This document shows, piece after piece, positions 37,501 to 48,275 of a stretch of 49,143 bases of DNA (positions within the stretch are counted from its first letter, which is position 1; each line of letters begins with the position of its first letter). The position numbers were made by a program, and so were the translations under genes. Below the pieces are notes generated by a model that worked only from the letters and a program-made list of their open reading frames with translations, searched no databases and was not told the DNA's origin. Origin of the DNA: Octopus bimaculoides (taxonomy: Eukaryota); the NCBI RefSeq assembly GCF_001194135.2, contig NC_068983.1, positions 116,092,478 through 116,141,620 of the forward strand, written 5' to 3'.

Positions 37501-37613
37501 CCGAAAAACCAGATTAGTCCAGAGATATAAAACAAGGCACAGAGACGGTTATTGTAGTGTGAAATTATACGAACAAACCGTCGTCTCTGCCGCGGATCAG
37601 TCAATAATCCCAT
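17469..37613 (-). CDS. GPAA1: GPI-anchor transamidase subunit GPAA1/Gaa1, spliced gene (11 coding exons found, 1 inferred in a gap)
   Basis: Exon translations match GPAA1 motifs in order: [103 protein letters not shown]. Exon phases join in frame. All placed junctions are GT-AG except the U12 intron. Confidence 0.97.
18140..18347. mobile_element. piggyBac-like MITE copy 1
   Basis: CTAA|TCCTTTGGCAT...ATGCTGAAGAG|TTAA; body homologous to 19383-19594. Confidence 0.65.
19383..19594. mobile_element. piggyBac-like MITE copy 2, 212 bp
   Basis: TTAA|CTCTTTAGCATT...AATACTAAAGGG|TTAA. Confidence 0.78.
19979..20190 (-). mobile_element. RTE-tail SINE/LINE 3' fragment with (GAT)n tail
   Basis: catcgtcgtttaacgtc...ggatgcccttcctaa family sequence. 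Confidence 0.85.
20373..20549 (-). CDS. GPAA1: GPAA1 penultimate coding exon ([21 protein letters not shown]...[12 protein letters not shown]...PVSNK)
   Basis: TTCTTTCAG acceptor, AA|GTAAGT donor; 177 nt; W..LK and IALxNxSL motifs. Confidence 0.93.
21003..21173. mobile_element. Probable solo LTR (Gypsy-like), 171 bp
   Basis: TGTTGT...ATAACA termini, AAAC 4-bp direct repeat on both sides, CpG-rich, internal TATAAATA. Confidence 0.55.
21671..22542. other. Assembly gap (872 N), probably hiding a GPAA1 exon
   Basis: N run between the phase-0 donor at 23636 and the phase-2 acceptor at 20549. Other gaps: 1440-1891, 16579-17158, 34579-34624, 35500-35840, 42907-43006, 45299-45732, 46636-46947. Confidence 0.9.
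22780..22885 (-). mobile_element. CORE-like SINE fragment
   Basis: acttgcccaaggtgccacgc core. Confidence 0.75.
23225..23490 (-). mobile_element. CORE-like SINE
   Basis: Tail tcttttatcttttatttgtttcag plus body of the 13204 family. Confidence 0.8.
23636..23914 (-). CDS. GPAA1: GPAA1 coding exon 9 ([10 protein letters not shown]...KNDPDE), charged loop
   Basis: AISLW aligns with human ALELW; GAG|GTAAGT donor; 279 nt, phase 0 to 0; preceded by CCTTAAC branch site and CAT. Confidence 0.85.
23915..25782 (-). other. U12-type (minor spliceosome) intron with AT-AT termini, 1868 nt
   Basis: 5' site ATATCCTTTT (25782-25773); branch CCTTAAC (23930-23924) with its A 10 nt from the end; the in-frame homologous exon starts after CAT. 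Confidence 0.85.
24641..25245 (+). mobile_element. RTE-clade LINE 3' fragment inside the U12 intron
   Basis: [31 protein letters not shown]; (GAT)n tail. Confidence 0.92.
25783..25936 (-). CDS. GPAA1: GPAA1 coding exon 8 ([24 protein letters not shown]...AAGLIK)
   Basis: TTTTACAG acceptor; 154 nt; ends at AAA|ATATCCTTT, a U12 donor. Homology stops exactly there (GLIK versus human GLK). Confidence 0.92.
26280..26393. repeat. (TA)n microsatellite
   Basis: Direct. Confidence 0.97.
26560..27345 (-). mobile_element. Cluster of SINEs from three families
   Basis: CORE-like pieces at 26560-26640 and 26815-26960; second family at 26660-26815; tRNA-headed element at 27010-27345 (TGGCTCAGTGATTAG...GTTTGATTCCC). 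Confidence 0.78.
27851..28050 (-). CDS. GPAA1: GPAA1 coding exon 7 (YDYYDPDS...[25 protein letters not shown]...TGR)
   Basis: TTCACAG acceptor, CG|GTAAGT donor; 200 nt. Confidence 0.95.
29396..29592 (-). CDS. GPAA1: GPAA1 coding exon 6 ([21 protein letters not shown]...[14 protein letters not shown]...LHNQ)
   Basis: TTTTTTAG acceptor, CAG|GTATCT donor; 197 nt. Confidence 0.95.
29816..29953 (-). mobile_element. RTE-tail element fragment
   Basis: Same family as 19979 and 48917. Confidence 0.85.
29995..30295 (+). mobile_element. Diverged CORE-like SINE
   Basis: catcttgggcaagtgttttctatt core and degraded tail. Confidence 0.65.
30340..30680 (-). mobile_element. Older RTE-tail element
   Basis: catcatttaatgtctgttttccatg...ggatgcccttcctaac. 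Confidence 0.7.
31163..31267 (-). CDS. GPAA1: GPAA1 coding exon 5 ([34 protein letters not shown])
   Basis: TTTCAG acceptor, T|GTAAGT donor; 105 nt; WAKDIIFL motif. Confidence 0.95.
31690..32590 (+). mobile_element. Helitron remnant (non-autonomous)
   Basis: Pif1 helicase C-terminal motifs MSINKSQGQ and [12 protein letters not shown]; Rep-region-like [10 protein letters not shown]; degenerate hairpin and 3' CTAG followed by T. Confidence 0.85.
33316..33484 (-). CDS. GPAA1: GPAA1 coding exon 4 ([27 protein letters not shown]...[11 protein letters not shown])
   Basis: TTTCAG acceptor, A|GTAAG donor; 169 nt; [10 protein letters not shown] motif. Confidence 0.95.
34300..34530 (-). mobile_element. 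CORE-like SINE 3' half
   Basis: catgctggagcaccacc...ctaagttacagggacatgaac. Confidence 0.8.
34625..35056 (-). mobile_element. RTE-tail element with about three diverged ~63-bp GC-rich units
   Basis: Family tail plus repeated tgccac..cac..gcca units. Confidence 0.8.
35082..35430 (+). mobile_element. mariner 5' fragment
   Basis: TACATGGTCTGATCAAT end; [28 protein letters not shown] helix-turn-helix segment. Confidence 0.8.
36407..36512 (-). CDS. GPAA1: GPAA1 coding exon 3 ([35 protein letters not shown])
   Basis: TTTTTTAG acceptor, CAG|GTATTT donor; 106 nt; conserved GLEVY motif. Confidence 0.93.
37001..37085 (-). CDS. GPAA1: GPAA1 coding exon 2 ([29 protein letters not shown])
   Basis: TTTTACAG acceptor, AG|GTGGGT donor; 85 nt bridging phase 1 to phase 2; too short for the ORF track. 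Confidence 0.88.
37150..37400 (-). mobile_element. CORE-like SINE 3' half
   Basis: Tail tcttttatcttttactcgtttcag plus body. Confidence 0.8.
37442..37613 (-). CDS. GPAA1: GPAA1 first coding exon ([13 protein letters not shown]...SENALLP-G)
   Basis: ATG 6 nt after a polyT-TTTCAG acceptor (exon starts 37619); donor G|GTAAG; 172 nt, ends in phase 1. Confidence 0.95.
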
Positions 37614-38486
37614 GTTGGTCTGAAAGAAAAAAAAAAAAAAGAATAAGAAACAAATAAATAAAAACAAAAAAAAAATTCTTAAATGAGTGCAATATTATTA
37701 CAACAACATTATTATGAAATTGATGCCAGTTTACTTTTGTTGTGTTTACCACTTGATCAAGAATGGCAGTTGATCCTTTGCAATCAAAAACATCAATAAT
37801 TATCAATCTCTTCTTTTGAGGATTTAATAATATCAAAGGTTTATCTCAGAGGTGAATTTAATTTGGAATTGAGATTGACCAATATCCTCCACCTCTCAAC
37901 CACTGTTAAATTTTGTGTGATATTACTGATATCTACTTCATCATTCCATTAGGGTGAATGGCAAGATTCAACATCAGATGTGTAAAGTACCAAATCTGCT
38001 ACTATTAGGTATTATGTCCATCATTATGACACATAAACTATTCCAGCTATTAAGTAATGAATTCAAGAACTAGTACAATAATCATTATATGTGTGTTGAG
38101 TGTGTGAGAGAGAGAGTGGGGTACAATAGCAAATAAAAGGAAACTGGAGAAAAATTATTTATATATTTATGTACAGATTATCAATATATTTATATTCACA
38201 ATTTTAAAAACTTGTTACACAAATATGGTTTTCCAAAGCAGCATGAATGTAAAAGTTTTTGAAAATTACTTTTACGGTTGAAACCCAACCCACATCCTGC
38301 AACTAACAACTGAATCGTAGTGGAATTAGGGAACCAGTTGCCAGCCAGGTATATAAAGGAACTCAGGATAATGTGTCTTGGTTAATGCCATCAAAAAATG
38401 ACAAAAGCAAAGTATAAATTTATGAGCACAGGATTACAATTAATTATCTTAACCTTACAGTCAAAATCAGTGAAATCAAACTTATA

Positions 38487-39771
38487 TATCAGGTCATCCT
38501 GTAAGTTCTGTCTGATTTTACCTTTTCTAAAATTGAATGAAATTTAATATTTTAGAATGTCTAATGGAATTTAAAATTATTTTTATGCATTTGTGTACAT
38601 TTAAACTAATTAAATATTATTTTACAGAATAATAAAATTAAAATTTCTTTGATTAAAACCCTTTCTAACATGGAAGTATCCAAAGAGCATTTGAGGCCCA
38701 TAATGCTTTATGAGTACAAAAACGGAAACTCTGCAGTCGAAGCGACTCAAAACATACACTCAGTTTATGGGAAAGAATGCTTGAATGAAAGCACTTGCAG
38801 AAGATGGTTTGCAAAATTCAGAAGTGGACATTTCAGCCTTGACAATGAAGATTGAACAGGACGCCCAGTTGAGTTTGATGATAAGCTCCTTGAGGCATTA
38901 CTTGAAGAAAATCCTGCATTTGAAGAATTGGCAATAAAGCTTAGTTCAAACCATAAAGCTTAGTTCATCATCATCTTCAACAACTTGGAAAGGTTCCTAA
39001 ACTTGGAAAATGGGTGCCTCGTGAATTATCCGAAAGCAACCGCAAGTCCTGAATTGACATCTGCTCTTCTCTCCACTTTTGCGAACTCATTTCACCCTTT
39101 TTGGATAGACTTGTAACTGGTGATGAAAAATGGATTTTCTATCGAAATGTTAAACATCGTAAACAGTGGCTTGGTAAAAGGGAAAAAGCTCAACCACAAC
39201 CGAGAAGGGAACTTCATGGGAAAAAGGTTCTTCTCTCTATCTGGTGAAATTGCAAAGGAGTAATTGACTTTGAATTGTTACCACCTAATGCAACGATCAA
39301 TGCTCAAGTCTACTGTTAGCAATTAGAGCATTTGAACCAAACTTTGAAGAAAAAAAGACCCACTTTAGTAAATCGTAAAGGAGTGATGTTTCATCTGGAC
39401 AATGCGCGACACCACACTGCAAAGATCACATCACAGAAGATCGAAGAGCTTGGTTGGGATAAAATTCCTCATCCACCTTATTCTCCCGATCTTGCTCTTT
39501 CAGACTACCATTTGTTTCGTAGTTTACAGAATCATTTGGGTGACATAACTTTCGCAAACCAGGAGGAGGTTGAAACTGACATTTCAGAGTTCTTTGCTTT
39601 GAAACCAAAAGAGTTTTACATTGATGGGATTAAAAAGCTTGTAAGTAGATGGAAGGAAGTCAGAGATAATCAGGGAAAGTACATTGATCATTAAATTTCA
39701 ATTAAATATAACATTTGATCACTTGATTTCTTTATTCAAAATTCGGACAGAACTTATGGGATGACTTGATA
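38487..39771 (+). mobile_element. Full-span mariner (DD34D) with inactivated transposase at 38670-39694
   Basis: ~30-bp TIRs TATCA(G/A)GTCATCC..TAAGTTCTGTC in TA context; WVPREL, TGDEKW, HLDNAR and HPPYSPDLALSDY motifs; stops and frameshifts. Confidence 0.95.
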
Positions 39772-39807
39772 TAATGTAAAATGTACTTTTTTTATATAAG
39801 GGAACTC

Positions 39808-39866
<59 letters not shown>

Positions 39867-40011
39867 GGCACACATATATATACATATATATATATATGTA
39901 TATATATACACACTCACATAAATATATATATACACACATATATATAAACACACACATATATATACGTACATATAGATACACAGACACATATATATACATA
40001 TATATATATAC

Positions 40012-40058
<47 letters not shown>

Positions 40059-40110
40059 CACACACATATAAATACACGTATTTATGTATATCTACATATA
40101 CACACATATA
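39808..40110. repeat. Compound (TA)n/(CA)n microsatellite
   Basis: Direct. Confidence 0.95.
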
Positions 40111-40139
40111 CTCAATATAAAATACTGTACATTTAAACA

Positions 40140-41100
40140 CAAGAGAAACTGCCATCAACAAGCAGTTTTACATGCTAAAAGAAGTAGTCAAAACGACCGA
40201 AACCACATTTAAGAGCAATCTTCACAAGGGATGAAAAATAAAAACTTTTACACAGTTTTATTAAAAGATGGAATCTGGCAGAATGGCAAAAGGAGTGCCA
40301 ACAGGCACTCGTACTGATCCACAAGACGGGCAAGGCCGGCAGTGGGAATACCACCTCGGTTTTGTATAGAGGGCTGGAAGAGGCTAAAAATGACGACGTC
40401 CTAGGAGGGGCTCTGGGGTTCGATGAGAACCAGCTTACCAACCTGTTCCAAAAGACTTTTAGGCTGAGGTATTTGGATAATTACCAAATTATCAAGCCTG
40501 AAAGTGAAACCGGTCTAGACCAAATGTTTGTGGGCTGGTAAAAAAAAACTGACGGCAGTACAAGACTGTTGTTGCCCCTTGAAATGCTACAGGCGATAAA
40601 TGCATGTACTGTAGTGTACAAAAAATATAACATAAAAAAGAAGAGGATTATGGATGCAAAAAACGAGATAGTAGAGAGGCGCTTGGCACCAATATGGAAT
40701 TTAATATGCTACGTTAGCTGTGGAATGAGATGTGTGACTCTTGAAGTGCAGTTTCAAATAGCTAATATAACCAAAGAATGAGGAAATAATTCTGCTACCC
40801 ACGTACTTGGGCCGCAGAACAACAAAAGTAACAATCGACGAAATTCTGGCAGGCTATGATGTAATGTGGGTAGCAGCTGCCATCATTTACAACGTTGAAG
40901 ATGCTGTAAGGAGGAGGCAGTCAACTGGAAAGGCCAAACTTTAGAAAATGGTGCTACAGGCTTCAAACGAAAATTTGCCACATAGGGTGTTTGTAGGGGA
41001 GGAGCTATCGATGAGAGTAGCCGTGGAGAGACGTAGGCCCCAATGTTTCAAATGTGGAGAGAAGGGCCACGTCCGCTCCAAATGTATGAAAAATAAAATA
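40140..41100 (+). mobile_element. Degenerate non-LTR retrotransposon ORF1/gag-like remnant with CCHC zinc knuckle
   Basis: [14 protein letters not shown] (CX2CX4HX4C) at 41044-41085; upstream frames broken; runs into (CA)n. Confidence 0.7.
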
Positions 41101-44100
41101 CACACACACACACACAAACGTGCACACATACACAGACCCATACACACACCACACTGAACTCTAAGACACAAGAACATATACACACACACACACACACACA
41201 CATAGAAATGTGCACAGACACACACACACAAACACACTCACACCATCTTTAAGACCAATCCAAAAACCAGTGAACCATGACAGACTAGCCCAGAAACAAA
41301 AAATCCTTTTGATTCCACAATACTCTCCCACACTATTTCTAAAAATACCAACCATCATTAAACACTTATACACTGGAGATGAAGGAAGAAAAGGTGGGTC
41401 ATTCCCCTAAAATTCTGCATAAATACTGAAATATGATTCTTTCTGTATATATGCTTCTTTCCAATCATGACTTTTGATGAACTTAAAATAATTATGAATT
41501 TATTTTACTACCTATTTTGAACACTTTTATGTAAATTGTCTAAACAAAAAGCCCCTCTTAACATTTTCTTATCTTTGTCAAAGATTCTATTTCTTAACAT
41601 TTTCTTATCATTATCAAAGACTGTATAACTGTATTTCAATACAACTATGATAACCATTCTTTAACACGACAAAGGCTACACAAAGCCTTACATTTTACTT
41701 TTGAAGATCTTTTTTTTTTAAAAAGTGAAACCGGTCAAGTCAATAAAAATCTTTAAAATACCTCTGCATTTTCAAATCCTCTTTCCTATATATTTTCACT
41801 CGTGCGGTAACTTGCAAGTTTACTTTGTTATATATAAATATATATATATACACACACACACACATACATACATATATACATATACATACATATATATATG
41901 TGTATACATACAAACAGATAAGCTCGGTTTCACCCGGTCTGTTTGGATGATGTGGCTGTGATTGTTTTCGGTTAGGCATAATCTATAACAGCGTTTCTCA
42001 ACGTCATCATTTTGGATCCCCAGTTTCGATTGGAGCCTCCAACTGTATGAAAATTTCCTGATTCCCCACCCCTTGTCAGAAAACAGCTTCAGGTGTTGTG
42101 AAGAAAGAATTTGTACGTAGTCTGTTTCTGAGAGCTATTCTATTGGACCTCTGTCTAATCATTAAAACATTGATTTAATTACGAACATAGAAAGAAATTA
42201 TACATTAATCCCTATTTTTGTAAGCAGTTGTATCTGAAGATATATGAAATGGATGTGTGTGTGTGTGTGTGTGTGTGTGCGTGCACGTGCACGTGTGTAT
42301 GTGAGAGAAAGAGTGTGAGACAGCGAGATAGAGTGAGTGCAGGTGTATGTCGTAATGATTGACATCTTTTAAGGTACACACACATACATAGAAAATGTGA
42401 AGTCATCGTATACATTTTTTACGATAGATGATTTATGGAAAAGATTGTTAAATTTGTTTTTATTGATTTTGATGAAACTTAACAAGTGAGTAGATAGTTG
42501 AAAAAGTCGATAATATGACCCCTGGAAGGGACCTTTATATATACCTCATATAACTAAATTTTTTTTTAAACACCCAAGGGAAATAACCCATAGCACCTGT
42601 ACAATATTTTTTTAAACACTCATTCAGAGGAAATAACCCATTTCATCGCTAATGTTCAATTACTTTGAATATTGATTTTTTGTGTGTCCTATTTCTAATT
42701 TTTGCAACAAAAATACATACAACATAGAGAATCTGAAGAAAATATTACTAATATTTTATTTAAACAACCCAAGGGAAATAACTGATACCACCTGCAGATT
42801 TTAGCAAAGTGATCAATATTTGATTCTCATGAACAGCCAACCTAATTCTGCATTTCACTACTCACAGTTTTGAAAAGCTAAACATTATTATACATATATA
42901 TTTATANNNNNNNNNNNNNNNNNNNNNNNNNNNNNNNNNNNNNNNNNNNNNNNNNNNNNNNNNNNNNNNNNNNNNNNNNNNNNNNNNNNNNNNNNNNNNN
43001 NNNNNNTCAATAATCAAAGCAAAGAGAAAATGGTAAAGACTGGACTAAAATGGCTGGAGACAGAAGCAAAATAAATAGAGAAATAAAGAAAGAAATTAAA
43101 ACAGGAGGTACATCAAAGATGAAAGAAGTGTATGACACACAATGAAAGCAGAGAACATGAGCAAACAATAACCATCTGTTCACCAAAGTGAGGACTGACA
43201 ACATAGAAACTAACAACAAATGAGAAAAACCCTACCTGCATTACCGCAGAGTTAAGTTTGGAGGGAAGGAGGATAGTTCAATGCAAATAATACAATGATA
43301 AGAAGGAGAGGTTGGATGGTTTTAAGTGTTACAACATTGAAATTTAAATAAATTATCTTTCTTCTTTTTTTTTTTTTTTTTTGTTGATGTATTTTTTTTC
43401 AGTGAGTTGGGCAAGTATTTTGCATCTTACAAAACCTTTCTTTCAGTCATCGCGCTGAATGATACTTCAGAAACCTTCTCTCAGAGCTACTGACACTTTC
43501 TGGAAAGAAAATATTCAAAAATACACCAAAAACACAAGAAAATATGACTTCAACAACAATTATTAAACTCCTTATTTTGCATTGTTAAACAAGATGTATT
43601 CAAAGTGTAAAAATATAATATCGTTAACACTAAGAAAGACAACTATGGAAAACATTTAAAAACGAAGCCCATAAAGATACAATTTGGTGACACTATATAG
43701 AAGTATTAATAACAATGATTAAACAATTACTTTGAGAATTAAGTTCAGACTTCAATATATTCTAATTCCATACCATGGATACTAATACTGAGCTGAGAGT
43801 TATTAACTTATTAGTATCTGTGTATCAGTTTGAAAATAAAATCAGCTTTTTTTATTATTTGTTTTGGAGCAATCATTTGTTTAATATTCCTGTTTTTGTA
43901 GTAAATATCCTGTATCCTTACTATCTTAAAATACAATAGCTATCACTAGCATACAAGTATGACTTGCAGTATGAAACATGCTTTTGTTAATTGTTTAATG
44001 TGCCTTAGTGTTTATGAACAAAGAAATCCTCCGGCGCTTGAAGCACCAAAATATCCAGGATGTAACAGCTGGAAGGAGAGAGAGATGAGACTCATTTTAG

Positions 44101-45245
44101 CTGAGTCGACTGGAAGAATATCAAGTGTTCCATCAAACCTTGCCCAAGAATCCAATGCACTGCCCAGTGCAAGAAATGAAACGGTGGCCTCGTGGTCATG
44201 AGCTCGATACACTAACAACTAAGTCACATGCCTTACAACTCATATTATGGTAATACTTGTTAGAGGTTGTTGCAAAGACTGCATAATAATGTAGTTATTT
44301 TTAAGTTATATGCCATTATTCAACACTACTAAACCCAAAGTCCAACCATAAATCATTGTAAGAGATTGTTTTAATGCAAAAATGTCATTCACATCATTAT
44401 TTTATCATCACAGATGATAAACAACGACAGGTTGTCCAGTATATTCTGTAACACTGACATACTGTCATCACTGTTATGCAAATGTTATCCAAGAACAAGC
44501 AATTTGTGAAATGAATATTTAGCTAATCTTACATTTGTCATTTGCATTTCAAACAAAATGACAATAATTTAATCTATAAAATATTTCTGGATCATATCCT
44601 ACAAAAAACCTTTTTTCTTAATAATGACCATCTATGAAAAGATAGCCAAATATCAACATGAGAAATCATGATATTTACAAATATATTTTCAATACACACA
44701 CACATACACTATATATATATATGTAAGGAAACTCATAAACAATACACTATTGATTGATTAATTTATTCATCTCTAAAATAATATAACCAACTCAATAATC
44801 AACTTTATGAAAAGATTAGTACCATCAAACATATCAGAACATAGCAGAAGAAATGATGCTTTCATAAGCTACAAGATTATTATTCACTGAAATTAGAAAC
44901 GCATTTTGAAGTCTGACTGAAACAGATCCCAGTATTACAAAAAGACAAATATTCCAAGTAATCAGTTAAAATAGTAGGAATAGTGAAATATACTTCACCA
45001 GATAAATAAAGAGTGATGCACAGAATTTTGTACACAAACAAGTGAAGCAAGTGAGAAGAGATGACGTGAGAAAGAGTGAAGTAGCTACAGAGTCAGGGAG
45101 TAGAAACTGGAAATTAAGGAGAAGTGTGCATTTTTGTTGCAGGTTGGTGGGATGGGTTGATAGTCTGGGTCTTATGAGATATAGTATCCATAAACAACTG
45201 AGGATATCACATGCACAATAATTATATATAAATATATATATAAAT

Positions 45246-45298
<53 letters not shown>

Positions 45299-45732
45299 NN
45301 NNNNNNNNNNNNNNNNNNNNNNNNNNNNNNNNNNNNNNNNNNNNNNNNNNNNNNNNNNNNNNNNNNNNNNNNNNNNNNNNNNNNNNNNNNNNNNNNNNNN
45401 NNNNNNNNNNNNNNNNNNNNNNNNNNNNNNNNNNNNNNNNNNNNNNNNNNNNNNNNNNNNNNNNNNNNNNNNNNNNNNNNNNNNNNNNNNNNNNNNNNNN
45501 NNNNNNNNNNNNNNNNNNNNNNNNNNNNNNNNNNNNNNNNNNNNNNNNNNNNNNNNNNNNNNNNNNNNNNNNNNNNNNNNNNNNNNNNNNNNNNNNNNNN
45601 NNNNNNNNNNNNNNNNNNNNNNNNNNNNNNNNNNNNNNNNNNNNNNNNNNNNNNNNNNNNNNNNNNNNNNNNNNNNNNNNNNNNNNNNNNNNNNNNNNNN
45701 NNNNNNNNNNNNNNNNNNNNNNNNNNNNNNNN

Positions 45733-46026
45733 GGCTCCCGTAAGATTTTCGAGCGAGATCGTTGCCAGTGCCCCTGGACTGGCTTGTGCGGGTGGCACAT
45801 AAAAGACACCATTTCGAGCGTGGCCGTTTTCGTGCGGGTGACACGTAAAAGCACCCACTACACTCTCTGAGTGGTTGGCATTAGGAAGGGCATCCAGCTG
45901 TAGAAACTCTGCCAAATTAGATTGGAGCCTGGTGTTGCCATCCGGTTTCACCAGTCCTCAGTCAAATCGTCCAACCCATGCTAGCATGGAAAGCGGACGT
46001 TAAACGATGATGATGATGATGATGAT
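45733..46026 (+). mobile_element. Young RTE-tail element
   Basis: Ends AAAGCGGACGTTAAAC(GAT)n; near-identical to 48917-49143 in reverse. Confidence 0.9.
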
Positions 46027-46033
46027 TAATCGA

Positions 46034-46413
46034 AGTGTACAGTATTATATATCCATTAAGGCTGATCTTACCAAGCGGTTTCACACTAGGGGTTCAATGG
46101 AGTATTGGGTAACAATCCAATTATGTAACCTTACACTCTTTGGAGATGGCAGATATGTAATGAAATGTGGCAGTTGCCTTATTGCACACAAACAGGTGAA
46201 GCAAGTGAAAATAGATGATGTGAGAAAGAGTGAAGTAGCAACAGAGTCAGGGAGTAGAAACTGGAAATGGCAGTCGCCATATTTCATTTCATAACTGCCA
46301 TCTCTGAAGGGCACAAGGTTACATAATTGGACTGTTACCTAACATTCCATTGAACCACTAGTGCAAAACCAATTGGTAAGATTGGCCATAACGGATATAT
46401 AATACAGTACACT
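46034..46413. mobile_element. Foldback/MITE with ~145-bp inverted arms and a 90-bp loop (Kolobok-like ends)
   Basis: Arms 46034-46178 and 46269-46413, about 80% identical by eye; start AGTG; TTAA on the right, TCGA on the left. Confidence 0.8.
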
Positions 46414-46493
46414 TTAATTAATATACCCACTCTACTGACAGATATACGAGTTATATACATTTTTTTCCAAACTTACAGCTTCTTAGATGGCTA

Positions 46494-46532
<39 letters not shown>

Positions 46533-46591
46533 CACACACACAAATATAGGTTTAGGAATATAAATAAGTGATAAGGAATTCAATATGCAAA

Positions 46592-46635
<44 letters not shown>

Positions 46636-46947
46636 NNNNNNNNNNNNNNNNNNNNNNNNNNNNNNNNNNNNNNNNNNNNNNNNNNNNNNNNNNNNNNNNN
46701 NNNNNNNNNNNNNNNNNNNNNNNNNNNNNNNNNNNNNNNNNNNNNNNNNNNNNNNNNNNNNNNNNNNNNNNNNNNNNNNNNNNNNNNNNNNNNNNNNNNN
46801 NNNNNNNNNNNNNNNNNNNNNNNNNNNNNNNNNNNNNNNNNNNNNNNNNNNNNNNNNNNNNNNNNNNNNNNNNNNNNNNNNNNNNNNNNNNNNNNNNNNN
46901 NNNNNNNNNNNNNNNNNNNNNNNNNNNNNNNNNNNNNNNNNNNNNNN

Positions 46948-46983
<36 letters not shown>

Positions 46984-46998
46984 GCACACACACATATA

Positions 46999-48275
46999 CA
47001 AGAGGCGTTCATTTAAGATTTTCCCCTGACCCACTTCTCAAGGACTGGAATAAACAAAACTTGGCATAATTATTAGTTCTTCTCTACATAGTCACCACCA
47101 ATAGTGATACACTCCTCCCATCGCTTTATGCAGCTGTGAAGATCTCATCAGTAGAAATCAGTAGGCTGCATATGGAGCCAAGACTTTACCTCAGAAATAA
47201 GTTCATCGTCATCCAAAAAGTGCTTCCCCTTCAAAAGAGACTTCGTGGTTGGATAGAGATGGAAGTGAGATGGTGCGAAGTTGGGAGAGTAAGTGGGATG
47301 AGGAAGGATTTTATAGCCACAGGAGTGTGCTTTCATCTGAGCAACATGTGCATTGTGAACTGGGGTGTTGTCTTGGAGGAGGCAAACTTTTTGGGTCAGC
47401 AAGCCATGCCTCTCTGCTTTGATAGCATCCCACTATTTCTGCAGCAGGGAATAATATGCCCCATTAATTGTGGTGCCCTTTGCCAGAAAATCCATCATCA
47501 CTACTCCACATTAGTCCCAAAAGACCGTGAGCATCACCTTGCCTGCTGAGAGTTGGCCACAAGCCTTCTTTGGAGGTGGTGAGTTATGCTTCCATTGCTT
47601 TGACTGGACTTTAGTCTCAGGATCATAGCGATGGACCCGTGTTTCATCTTGTGTAATAAGTCTGCTGAAAAAGTCCACCCCGTTTTCTTAGCACATTGCC
47701 AAAAGAACCTGGGAGCAATTGACTCATCCCTGCTCCTGAAAAGGTGTGAGCATCCAGGGAATCCACCATGCAGACAACTTCTACATGTGCAAATGGTCAT
47801 GAATGATTTTTTTCTATAGACCCTGCACTTAACTTCACTTCTTGGGCTAGTTGCTGAACGTCCAAAATGGCAGCTTCCACTTTATGGATGATGGTGCCAT
47901 CATCAATGGTGGAATGTGATTGTCCAGGAATAGGAGCCATTTCCACCAATGTCCGATCACATTTGAACTGGCGATGCCAGTGCTTGACTATGTCGTATGA
48001 TGGTGCATCGTCACCATAGACTTCTTTCAACTCGTCAAAAGTTTCTTTTGGTGTACAACCTTTCAAGTATAAGAACCTCATCACTGATCTGCATTCAACT
48101 GCCTCCATTATAACACCTTAGTCCATTTTAGCAGCCATAAAAGACAAAAGAATACTAGTGGAAAGTTGCAATTTATAATGTGAGATGTAGAGACATGTAT
48201 GATTATACTTGTACAAGTTCTATTCTCTGCAATAACTGGAAGTGAGTCAGAGGAAGTCTTTATGAACACTCTTTG
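46999..48275 (-). mobile_element. Full-span decayed mariner of a different subfamily
   Basis: Imperfect TIRs with TA flanks; WIPRML, TQDETW, LQDNTP and HPTYSPNFAPS motifs; multiple frameshifts. Confidence 0.92.

Noticed and set aside
42570-42790. Recurring CCAAGGGAAATAAC motif
   Set aside because: Only two or three loose copies; probably subterminal repeats of an old DNA transposon, with no ends defined.
44022-44055. EILRRLKHQNI kinase-like motif on +
   Set aside because: Stop 11 codons later and no other kinase motifs; likely chance.
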